From a virus: a DNA stretch of 64,000 bases. Positions 57,388 through 64,000 of the stretch are shown in pieces (the first letter of the stretch is position 1; every line of letters starts with the position of its first letter). A program made the position numbers and the translations under genes. Location: positions 5 to 64,004 of the IMG/VR virus record IMGVR_UViG_3300032265_002475; one strand, 5' to 3'. The notes below the pieces were generated by a model that was not told the origin of the DNA, did no database searches, and saw only the letters and a program-made list of their open reading frames with translations.

Positions 57388-57609
57388 TTATTCACAATTT
57401 TATACCATATCTTGTTAATCAACCATTTAGCTGATTCCCAAAGTATGATTGTTAGTAATATTTTAATCATTTTTTACCGCATTTAGGACAATATTCTTCA
57501 TTTCTCCTATCAAACCACGAATTACAACATAATTTCCATAATTCACAATAACCACTATTCATAGATGTATCTTCTATCATTTCTTTAACCTTTTCTTCAA
57601 ACTGTGCTG

Positions 57610-57888
57610 TCATATTCTTGATTTTAATTCAGTTAATACTTCTTTTAAATGATTTAATCTTGGATTAATAATATTCACGTATAACAATTTTGGAGCATTA
57701 GGTACTTGTCTTATATCAAATATCATTGGCTCTAAAAGTTTATATTCTTCAAGTCTTGCTTCTATTTCTAAAATAGCACATTGTGTTGCAGAATAATTAC
57801 CTTCTTCTCTTGTTTTCCAATTAAAACAAGCTAAATACTTCTCAACTATTTTATCACATTTTTCTTTTATTGTCATTTTAAAATTCAA
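57610..57888 (-). CDS. hypothetical protein
   Basis: ORF in overlapping chain. Confidence 0.45.
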   Translation of the reverse strand: MNFKMTIKEKCDKIVEKYLACFNWKTREEGNYSATQCAILEIEARLEEYKLLEPMIFDIRQVPNAPKLLYVNIINPRLNHLKEVLTELKSRI

Positions 57889-58138
57889 TTTGATTAATTA
57901 CTGATGTTATAGATTCTTTGTTTATTGTCATTCTTGGTTCTAACCATAAACCAGCTGTATTTTTTAATTCAGCATTTTCAGCAGCTAATTCTAATAATTT
58001 TTCTGCAAATTCTTTCATTGCTTGTTTAAGTCTATCATATTCAGTTCCTTCAAAACCATCTCTATTATGAACTTGTTTTAATGCTTCTAATGACTTAAAA
58101 TGATTACTTTTTAATATTTCATCTACAATTATTTTCAT
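57878..58138 (-). CDS. hypothetical protein
   Basis: ORF in overlapping chain. Confidence 0.45.
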   Translation of the reverse strand: MKIIVDEILKSNHFKSLEALKQVHNRDGFEGTEYDRLKQAMKEFAEKLLELAAENAELKNTAGLWLEPRMTINKESITSVINQIEF

Positions 58139-58413
58139 AAGTTTATTTCTTTGTTTAAATATTCTTGTAATTTTTGATTATATATAGAAAAATCTCCAGT
58201 TTTCTTCCACATATTACATTGATTAAAACTATCTATTACAATAGGTTCTAATGGTTTAAGTTTAAATTGAACACTTTCTAAATAAGCTATTTTCCAAGTT
58301 AATTCATCATTATCTTTATTTAAAGATTGTTGATGTTTTAAGAACTTAATCTGAGAGGAAATCCAATCAGTTTCTATTACTGATAAATCTTTTATTTTAG
58401 TCATTGTTTTCAA
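58135..58413 (-). CDS. hypothetical protein
   Basis: ORF in overlapping chain. Confidence 0.45.
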   Translation of the reverse strand: MKTMTKIKDLSVIETDWISSQIKFLKHQQSLNKDNDELTWKIAYLESVQFKLKPLEPIVIDSFNQCNMWKKTGDFSIYNQKLQEYLNKEINL

Positions 58414-58633
58414 TAAAATTTAATAACCATTTTAAATTATTTACTTTTCTTTCTAAATCTTTTTTTGGTATTTTTGTTAAAGACGATTCTCTACTTATTA
58501 TTGTACCAAGTCTATATGTAACATAAACCCATTGTATATTTTCATATTTATTTTTATAACTATGAAATTTATAGATTTCATCTCCTTCTCCACCTACATA
58601 TACTAAATCATTTTGTTTAAATTTTTGTTTCAT
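58397..58633 (-). CDS. hypothetical protein
   Basis: ORF in overlapping chain. Confidence 0.45.
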   Translation of the reverse strand: MKQKFKQNDLVYVGGEGDEIYKFHSYKNKYENIQWVYVTYRLGTIISRESSLTKIPKKDLERKVNNLKWLLNFIENND

Positions 58634-58809
58634 TTCTTTATTGGTTTAGGTGGTTCTGCCATTTTGCTTCTTTCTTCTTTTATAGAGCAAGTTTTACCAT
58701 CATATTCACAACAGCATCTTGCACCCATTCCAAATAATGAACGCTTAATATTTTTATTAGCGCACCAAGCACCATTATCATTAAATTTACAATTTATTTT
58801 TAATATCAT
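58630..58809 (-). CDS. small Cys-rich protein (59 aa), not in ORF track
   Basis: ATG 58807-58809 overlaps upstream stop, TGA overlaps downstream ATG (ATGA coupling at both ends); seven Cys. Confidence 0.4.
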   Translation of the reverse strand: MILKINCKFNDNGAWCANKNIKRSLFGMGARCCCEYDGKTCSIKEERSKMAEPPKPIKK

Positions 58810-59240
58810 TTAATTAAATTTTTAAGACAATATTCAAAAGCAGAATTTAAAGCTTCTTGTGGATTATTAAAATAACTTTTATCACTATTTTGGATTTCTA
58901 TACTTTCTTGTTCTATATTTTTTAAAGTAGATACGTTGGCAGTAAAGTAATTTTTAAAAGAAATATTACTATAATATCCATCAATAGTAACCCAAATACC
59001 ATGTTTCTCTAACAACCAATTTTGAACACTTTGATATAATGGAATACCAATAAAATCTTCATGTAATTTTTGACTAATAATATCTTTAATAGTTAAAGTA
59101 TCATTTTCATCATCTGTACAACCAAATCTCCACATTGTATGACCATGTGGATTACCTTCTTTAAGGCAAGGTTCATCAAAACCTAATCTTTTAAGTTCTA
59201 AAGCGATTTTATAAGGAACAAAGTTATCTTTTACATTCAT
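58806..59240 (-). CDS. hypothetical protein
   Basis: ORF. Confidence 0.5.
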   Translation of the reverse strand: MNVKDNFVPYKIALELKRLGFDEPCLKEGNPHGHTMWRFGCTDDENDTLTIKDIISQKLHEDFIGIPLYQSVQNWLLEKHGIWVTIDGYYSNISFKNYFTANVSTLKNIEQESIEIQNSDKSYFNNPQEALNSAFEYCLKNLIK

Positions 59241-59292
59241 AAGTTAATATTTTTAGTTGGTTTACCATCTATCCAGATAGTTGTGTATTGTT

Positions 59293-59589
59293 TCATAGTT
59301 TATTAAATACTAAGTCTTTCATTGGATTAGCAAATTCTGTAAATATTTTATTAATATCTTTTCCTATTGATACATTATTCACAAAACATTCAATATCAGA
59401 TTCTTTAAAATATTTAACAAATGCTTGAATAATATAAGGACAAGCAGATACTAATATAGTAGTATCTTCTAATTTTAGGTTTTTAACAAATTCTACTCTT
59501 TGTTTTGGTGTCTTATTATCTTCAGGATAATAAATACTGTTTTCAATAAATTCTCTATTATCTTGGTAATGTATTTTTATTTGTTTCAT
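59293..59589 (-). CDS. hypothetical protein
   Basis: ORF. Confidence 0.45.
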   Translation of the reverse strand: MKQIKIHYQDNREFIENSIYYPEDNKTPKQRVEFVKNLKLEDTTILVSACPYIIQAFVKYFKESDIECFVNNVSIGKDINKIFTEFANPMKDLVFNKL

Positions 59590-59590
59590 T

Positions 59591-60130
59591 TTATTTGAAA
59601 AAATTAATTATTTTATCTTTAACACCGTTTTGTTTAATACCTTCCTGCGATGAAGGAGTCCAAACAAAATTAGTCAAACCCCAATCCCTATAAAATTCAC
59701 CATATGAACTATGTTTAACGTGAAGACCCATGTGTAAATCATCAACAGCAACCCAATGTGTTACTTCTGGGTGTTGCTTTAACCATTCAAGTATTTCAAG
59801 TGAACGTTGTTGCTCTAAATCAAATGTTTTATCGTATGGGTATCCTTCTTGAATTGGAACAGATGAAGGTGTATAGTCAATTGGTGACTTTTTAACATTT
59901 CTCATCTTATACAATTCCTGCATTTGATCTAGTGTAGTGTGATATTTCCAATCCGAGCTAACTACTATTTCACAATCTGTTTCTTCAATGATTTCATTTA
60001 ACACCTTGATTGCTTTATCATTGAATCTATCAAATTCACTGTCAAGTCCTTCCTTGTTTTTAAATCTACTACCCCATTCGGATGCTAAACATATAACACC
60101 ATCATGGTCTAAAAATATTATTTTTTTCAT
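59591..60130 (-). CDS. HAD-like hydrolase (putative phosphatase)
   Basis: IIFLDHDGVI resembles HAD motif I DxDx(T/V); IVVSSD motif II-like. Confidence 0.35.
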   Translation of the reverse strand: MKKIIFLDHDGVICLASEWGSRFKNKEGLDSEFDRFNDKAIKVLNEIIEETDCEIVVSSDWKYHTTLDQMQELYKMRNVKKSPIDYTPSSVPIQEGYPYDKTFDLEQQRSLEILEWLKQHPEVTHWVAVDDLHMGLHVKHSSYGEFYRDWGLTNFVWTPSSQEGIKQNGVKDKIINFFK

Positions 60131-60131
60131 G

Positions 60132-60166
60132 TTATAAAAATAAAAAAGAAAGCCTGAAAAGCCAAA
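60132..60166 (-). promoter_or_regulatory. early promoter element
   Basis: motif. Confidence 0.5.
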
Positions 60167-60174
60167 CTTTTAAA

Positions 60175-60846
60175 TTAATTTAATCCAAATGAAATCGGTT
60201 TATGAGCATAATTGTATTGTTCATTTAATGAAGAAGCGTTGATGAAGATAGTGTTGATGTTGTGCATAATATTAGGACTATCTACAAACCCATATCCAGT
60301 ATGGATGTGACCACAGCAATGTATTTTTGGTCGTACTCTCATAATTGCGTTATACAAATCAACACAACCTAAATGATCTCCTCTACGACTATCTACATCA
60401 TCTAATATTCCAAATACTGGACCGTGAGTTAAGAGTATATCTAATCCGGTAGGAATTTTATTCCAATGTTGTTGTATGTCTTCACCTGGATCAGCATTGA
60501 ATGCCCAATCGTTAAATCTAGGTTGCCAAGGTGAACCATAAATCTTCAATCCATCAAGTTCAATAAATGAATCTTGTATATAGGTTATGTTTGGAAATGC
60601 ACTTAAAATTTCTTTTATTTCATTGGGTCTTTCTTGAAATCCAAAGTCGTGATTACCAGCTATGAATACTTTGTGAGCGAAGTTGTCAAGACTATTAAAC
60701 CACTTACAAAATTCTTTTATTTCGTGATTGTATCCCATAGATGAAATGTCTCCAGCATGAAATAAAAAATCACCACCATGATCTAAATCTCTAGTTAGTT
60801 GTCTATGTTTGTTGTGTGTGTCTGATATAAATGTTAGTTGTTTCAT
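60175..60846 (-). CDS. calcineurin-like metallophosphoesterase
   Basis: ISDTH, HAGDIS, AGNHDFG, LLTHGP, CCGHIHTGYG. Confidence 0.7.
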   Translation of the reverse strand: MKQLTFISDTHNKHRQLTRDLDHGGDFLFHAGDISSMGYNHEIKEFCKWFNSLDNFAHKVFIAGNHDFGFQERPNEIKEILSAFPNITYIQDSFIELDGLKIYGSPWQPRFNDWAFNADPGEDIQQHWNKIPTGLDILLTHGPVFGILDDVDSRRGDHLGCVDLYNAIMRVRPKIHCCGHIHTGYGFVDSPNIMHNINTIFINASSLNEQYNYAHKPISFGLN

Positions 60847-60851
60847 AATTG

Positions 60852-61085
60852 TTAAATTTCGTTATCTAAATAAATAGTCGGTGGATCAAATGATACTATA
60901 GCTGAATAATAAACATCATTCATTAGTAAATCTACTTTTTTAAGTAGAGGCTCTAATTCAGAAATATCATTTATCTCTATAGAATAAGCACCTGGTTCAC
61001 CTTTCCACATATCTTCCCATTTAGCACCTATTTCTTTTAAAACTTTATCGTTTACCCTTTGATTAAAATCTATTTGAAATTTCAT
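60852..61085 (-). CDS. small hypothetical protein
   Basis: ORF. Confidence 0.45.
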   Translation of the reverse strand: MKFQIDFNQRVNDKVLKEIGAKWEDMWKGEPGAYSIEINDISELEPLLKKVDLLMNDVYYSAIVSFDPPTIYLDNEI

Positions 61086-61087
61086 AA

Positions 61088-61318
61088 TTATTTAAATTTT
61101 AATGTATCACCAATTTTATAATTACCTATTGGCATCCTAAATTCTACATCACTTTTATTAAAACCTGCTTTATCAATATAATCTAAAGAAAATAAAGCAG
61201 TTTTAGTATTCACATCATAATCACTAATATTAATAATTACAAAAGGATATTTAGGATTAACTTGATTACAAGCTGCAAATACAATAGCTATTAAAGCTAA
61301 TAATGTTAATTTTTTCAT
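61088..61318 (-). CDS. small lipoprotein
   Basis: MKKLTLLALIAIVFAAC lipobox. Confidence 0.5.
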   Translation of the reverse strand: MKKLTLLALIAIVFAACNQVNPKYPFVIINISDYDVNTKTALFSLDYIDKAGFNKSDVEFRMPIGNYKIGDTLKFK

Positions 61319-61587
61319 ATTTCTATTAATGTATCTTTTAATAATGTTATTGTTTTTACTTGATTAGCTATTGTTCCTGAACAAAATACTTGACCATCTT
61401 CTTCTAATTTAGGTGTACACCAATTTTGTCCTGTTATAGTATCTGTAGTATTATCATAATATTTCACTTTAATAGTCCACTTATGAGTGTAATTCTTTTC
61501 ATGTATATCTGGACCACAACTACCAAATATAAATAATAGTAAAATAGGTGTATATTTAAACCAATTTAATAATTTAGTATTTTTCAT
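61315..61587 (-). CDS. small lipoprotein
   Basis: signal peptide + FGSC lipobox. Confidence 0.5.
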   Translation of the reverse strand: MKNTKLLNWFKYTPILLLFIFGSCGPDIHEKNYTHKWTIKVKYYDNTTDTITGQNWCTPKLEEDGQVFCSGTIANQVKTITLLKDTLIEI

Positions 61588-61880
61588 TGTTTTTTGTTTA
61601 AAAAGTTTTCTGCTTTGGTGATTGTTTCTTCATTGTCTTGTGCATCGTCGGGGGCTAAAACATAATCATCGGTAATGCTTTTTACCCTTTCAGTTAATTC
61701 TCTAATCAACTCCACCGCTTCTTGCTGATGAATCTTTTTTACAATGTCGGAGTTTGCACCAAAGTTTATTGCTGAAATAATATCGTGTCTGCAATACTCA
61801 TTATCATTTGTTGCAGGACATCTATAAGGTTCAGCGTAATTTTTGATAGCTTCTTCCAATTCTTGTTCAAGGTTGTTCAT
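61584..61880 (-). CDS. hypothetical protein
   Basis: ORF. Confidence 0.45.
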   Translation of the reverse strand: MNNLEQELEEAIKNYAEPYRCPATNDNEYCRHDIISAINFGANSDIVKKIHQQEAVELIRELTERVKSITDDYVLAPDDAQDNEETITKAENFLNKKQ

Positions 61881-61881
61881 G

Positions 61882-62475
61882 TTATTGTAATTTTAAAAAT
61901 TTATGCAATTCTGATAATAAAAACATTGCCCTGTCTTTATCTAATATTATTTTAGTTTCTTGATAAGTCCCAGCACCATAAATTGTTATCCTATCTTCTT
62001 CTATCTTTGAAGGAATTATATTAACCTTTTTTTCTTCCTTCGGCAGCCATTTGATTTGCAAAATGTTGTTGACCATCCAATAGTCTATACCATTTGTATT
62101 GGTACTTATATCAAACTTCGGCAACTCCTTCCATTTATTCCAATAATCCACAAACTCTTTCACTCTTTCTTCTGAAAAATAGCAGTTAGGTGTGATTGTT
62201 GGGGAGTTAGTGGTGATTACTTTTTTAAGATATTTTCCACTTGTTGTAAAGTCTTCTAACAAAAAACATATAGAATTATTTCTAACATCAAACATGGGTT
62301 CTCCTTTATTTACTATTAAAAATTCTTCATCGCTGCAAAGAACGAGTAGTTTGTTTTGATAAAATCCTGTGTTAATTTTAGCAGTTTCTTCGCAATAAAG
62401 TAGATTTTCTATACCCTTGTCTAATCTAATATTACTTGGCTCGTTGGTGTCTATAAGTTTTAAAAATGCGTTCAT
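61882..62475 (-). CDS. hypothetical protein
   Basis: ORF. Confidence 0.5.
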   Translation of the reverse strand: MNAFLKLIDTNEPSNIRLDKGIENLLYCEETAKINTGFYQNKLLVLCSDEEFLIVNKGEPMFDVRNNSICFLLEDFTTSGKYLKKVITTNSPTITPNCYFSEERVKEFVDYWNKWKELPKFDISTNTNGIDYWMVNNILQIKWLPKEEKKVNIIPSKIEEDRITIYGAGTYQETKIILDKDRAMFLLSELHKFLKLQ

Positions 62476-63110
62476 TGTTGTTTGTTTTTTTTATTTAATT
62501 CGTGATGATCAATTGGTAAAGTTAATTTAGCTATTGGTTGATTGTTCATAATGCTCAATATCTCTTGCAAATCAATTGGTTTTAAGTTATTACCTTCACA
62601 ACCAACATCCATTGATTTACCTCCATGTAATCTTTGGTCAGGCATTAAGTGTACGTGTCCATGTAAGTGGATTACACCATTATTCATTCCATTCCAACTT
62701 GCAATTGGATAGTGCATACAAACAAATCTTTGTTTTTCAACACTTGTTTTATTGTGTTCTATACGGACATCTAAATACAAATATTCGTTAATTGATTTAA
62801 ACAAGGATTGAATATTTTCTTTGTTGTTTTGTATGTGGTGATCGTGATTACCTAATACTAAATGTATGTTTTTACAAACTAACCGTTCTCTGAATTCTCT
62901 TATTTTATTAAAACCACCAAACGACCAATCACCTAAATGAATTAATATATCATCTTCTTTAACACAATCGTTTAAATTTTCTACCAATGTGTTATTCATA
63001 GTTTCTAACGAGTCAAACTGCCTTGTTAGTCTTTCGGCATTAGTCCATTTAGTAGTTGTTGAACAAATGTTGCTATGAGAATAATGTGTTAAGTATCCGA
63101 GGTAAACCAT
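62472..63110 (-). CDS. calcineurin-like metallophosphoesterase (second copy)
   Basis: LIHLGDWSFGG, VLGNHDHH, HGHVH. Confidence 0.6.
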   Translation of the reverse strand: MVYLGYLTHYSHSNICSTTTKWTNAERLTRQFDSLETMNNTLVENLNDCVKEDDILIHLGDWSFGGFNKIREFRERLVCKNIHLVLGNHDHHIQNNKENIQSLFKSINEYLYLDVRIEHNKTSVEKQRFVCMHYPIASWNGMNNGVIHLHGHVHLMPDQRLHGGKSMDVGCEGNNLKPIDLQEILSIMNNQPIAKLTLPIDHHELNKKNKQQ

Positions 63111-63160
63111 AATCTGGTATCCTCGGATAAATTTATTTTAAGTGTTGACATTTTATTATT

Positions 63161-63201
63161 TTAATAATATAAAGATAAAAAGAAAAATCTGAAAAGCCAA
63201 A
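63161..63201 (-). promoter_or_regulatory. early promoter element
   Basis: motif. Confidence 0.55.
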
Positions 63202-63216
63202 TTATCTTTTAAAATA

Positions 63217-64000
63217 TCAATGTGAATCACCTACATCGTGTTTTTCACCATAGATTAAGTATTCGGGGTTAATACACTTTGCAATTTTATTTCTTTCACC
63301 TGAAAAATGTTTAATAACGATTCCTTCATGAGGTACTTTTGTACCTTCAATAAAATTGTTGAATGTGTACTTATCTTGAATTTCTTGAGACCAATTACCT
63401 TCAAACAGTATTGGTACGTAAGGTAACTCTAACATATAAATAATTAAAGTTTGAGCCATAGGAGAACCTTTATACACACCATTAATTGAAATATCAAATG
63501 CTGCAAATTCTATATCCTTTAAACCATAATCATAATTCTTTTGAATACCTGCTCCATAAATTTCTCCATATAACACTACACCTGAACCAACTTCTTCTGG
63601 GGTATATCCTTCACGCAACATATTCCATAAACGCTCTTTGATATTATATTTAGCATCAATTTCATACCAAACATTTGTATCATAATAACCTTGAGAATCA
63701 GAACCTTTTTCAACATTGTGAGATCCAACTACAAACTCATACTCAACAAATTCATCGGCAAAGTTGAAGAACATTTTAATTCTATCCCAAACAGATAATT
63801 TATTTTTCTTTACAATTCCAAATCGAGCATTGGTACCATGTAACTTTCTAGTTATTTCAACTACATCATCTTCTGTAAAGATTCCAGGAACATTTTTAAT
63901 GTTTGGAAACTTATAGTAAATGTGAAAGTTAGGATTGTCTTGCCATCTAATCTTACGACCTGACGCTAATTGAACTTGTTTAACTGGTGGTTCATATTTA
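63217..64000 (-). CDS. RNA ligase, Rnl2-like nucleotidyltransferase (5' end beyond window)
   Basis: reading frame stays open to the window edge; motif I RKLHGTN upstream of the listed Met, LYGEIYG (III), PHEGIVIK (IV), NKIAKCINPE (V). Confidence 0.55.
   Translation of the reverse strand, partial: KYEPPVKQVQLASGRKIRWQDNPNFHIYYKFPNIKNVPGIFTEDDVVEITRKLHGTNARFGIVKKNKLSVWDRIKMFFNFADEFVEYEFVVGSHNVEKGSDSQGYYDTNVWYEIDAKYNIKERLWNMLREGYTPEEVGSGVVLYGEIYGAGIQKNYDYGLKDIEFAAFDISINGVYKGSPMAQTLIIYMLELPYVPILFEGNWSQEIQDKYTFNNFIEGTKVPHEGIVIKHFSGERNKIAKCINPEYLIYGEKHDVGDSH

Noticed and set aside
45700-63201. Possibility that the recurrent 40-nt element is a CRISPR array or MITE
   Set aside because: Copies are separated by whole genes of variable length (0.2-3 kb) rather than 25-70-bp spacers. 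They always lie immediately 5' of a start codon on the coding strand, with a TTTG/TATCTTTAT promoter-like structure. No terminal inverted repeats or target-site duplications were seen.
1-64000. Prophage/integrated element interpretation (integrase, att sites)
   Set aside because: No integrase/recombinase, no flanking bacterial housekeeping genes and no att-like direct repeats were seen. The tRNA-like genes are internal and accompanied by promoters. The window looks like a virulent phage genome segment.

Overview
This window reads as one contiguous, very AT-rich (roughly 30% GC by eye) segment of a large lytic dsDNA tailed-phage genome. Every credible gene lies on the minus strand, about 110 genes tightly packed, many with ATGA-type start/stop overlaps.

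Promoter architecture (TTTG -33 box, about 20 nt spacer, TAnnTTT-like -7 box), lipoboxes and Bacteroidetes-type LRR repeats all point to a Bacteroidetes, probably Flavobacteriia, host.

Layout in transcription order (high to low coordinate):
- 64.0-45.2 kb: early region of about 45 small genes, nearly every one behind its own copy of a conserved ~40-nt promoter element. It holds an Rnl2-like RNA ligase (5' end outside the window), two calcineurin-like phosphoesterases and a HAD-like protein (a candidate RNA-repair set). It also holds a macro-domain protein, a RecA-fold ATPase, an SPFH membrane protein, several hairpin terminators and two to three non-canonical tRNA-like genes.
- 45.25-44.87 kb: terminator plus a GC-richer noncoding island.
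- 44.87-38.8 kb: tandem array of cassette genes that all begin with a near-identical ~21-aa leader (MKK[HS]ELKQLIKEQILAELEPV). The cargo includes at least five leucine-rich-repeat proteins, a SprT-like HExxH protein and unknown domains. Some cassettes are fused in frame.
- 38.8-37.9 kb: ParB-like protein, holin-like protein and a GH19 endolysin.
- 37.3-35.3 kb: HD hydrolase and a sigma-70-like factor.
- 35-29 kb: baseplate genes (spike-like, gp25/W-like, gp6/J-like).
- 30.2-20.4 kb: fibre genes, including an 1870-aa Ser/Thr/Asn-rich protein.
- 20.1-13.4 kb: GIY-YIG endonuclease, zinc-ribbon/TOPRIM primase, PD-(D/E)xK nuclease and a DEDDy exonuclease.
- 13.35-5.65 kb: a second array of proteins sharing an MIKL(T/I)(N/D)LLKE N-terminus. 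Cargo includes HExxH, GIY-YIG-like and Cys-rich domains.
- 5.4-0.2 kb: four consecutive proteins sharing the peptide FTRMQKLAGIITE.
- Then a terminator, a promoter and the N-terminus of an FAD/NAD-binding oxidoreductase.

No CRISPR array, no integrase and no rRNA were seen. The most unusual content is the two arrays of leader-tagged cassette proteins and the tRNA-like/RNA-repair set.
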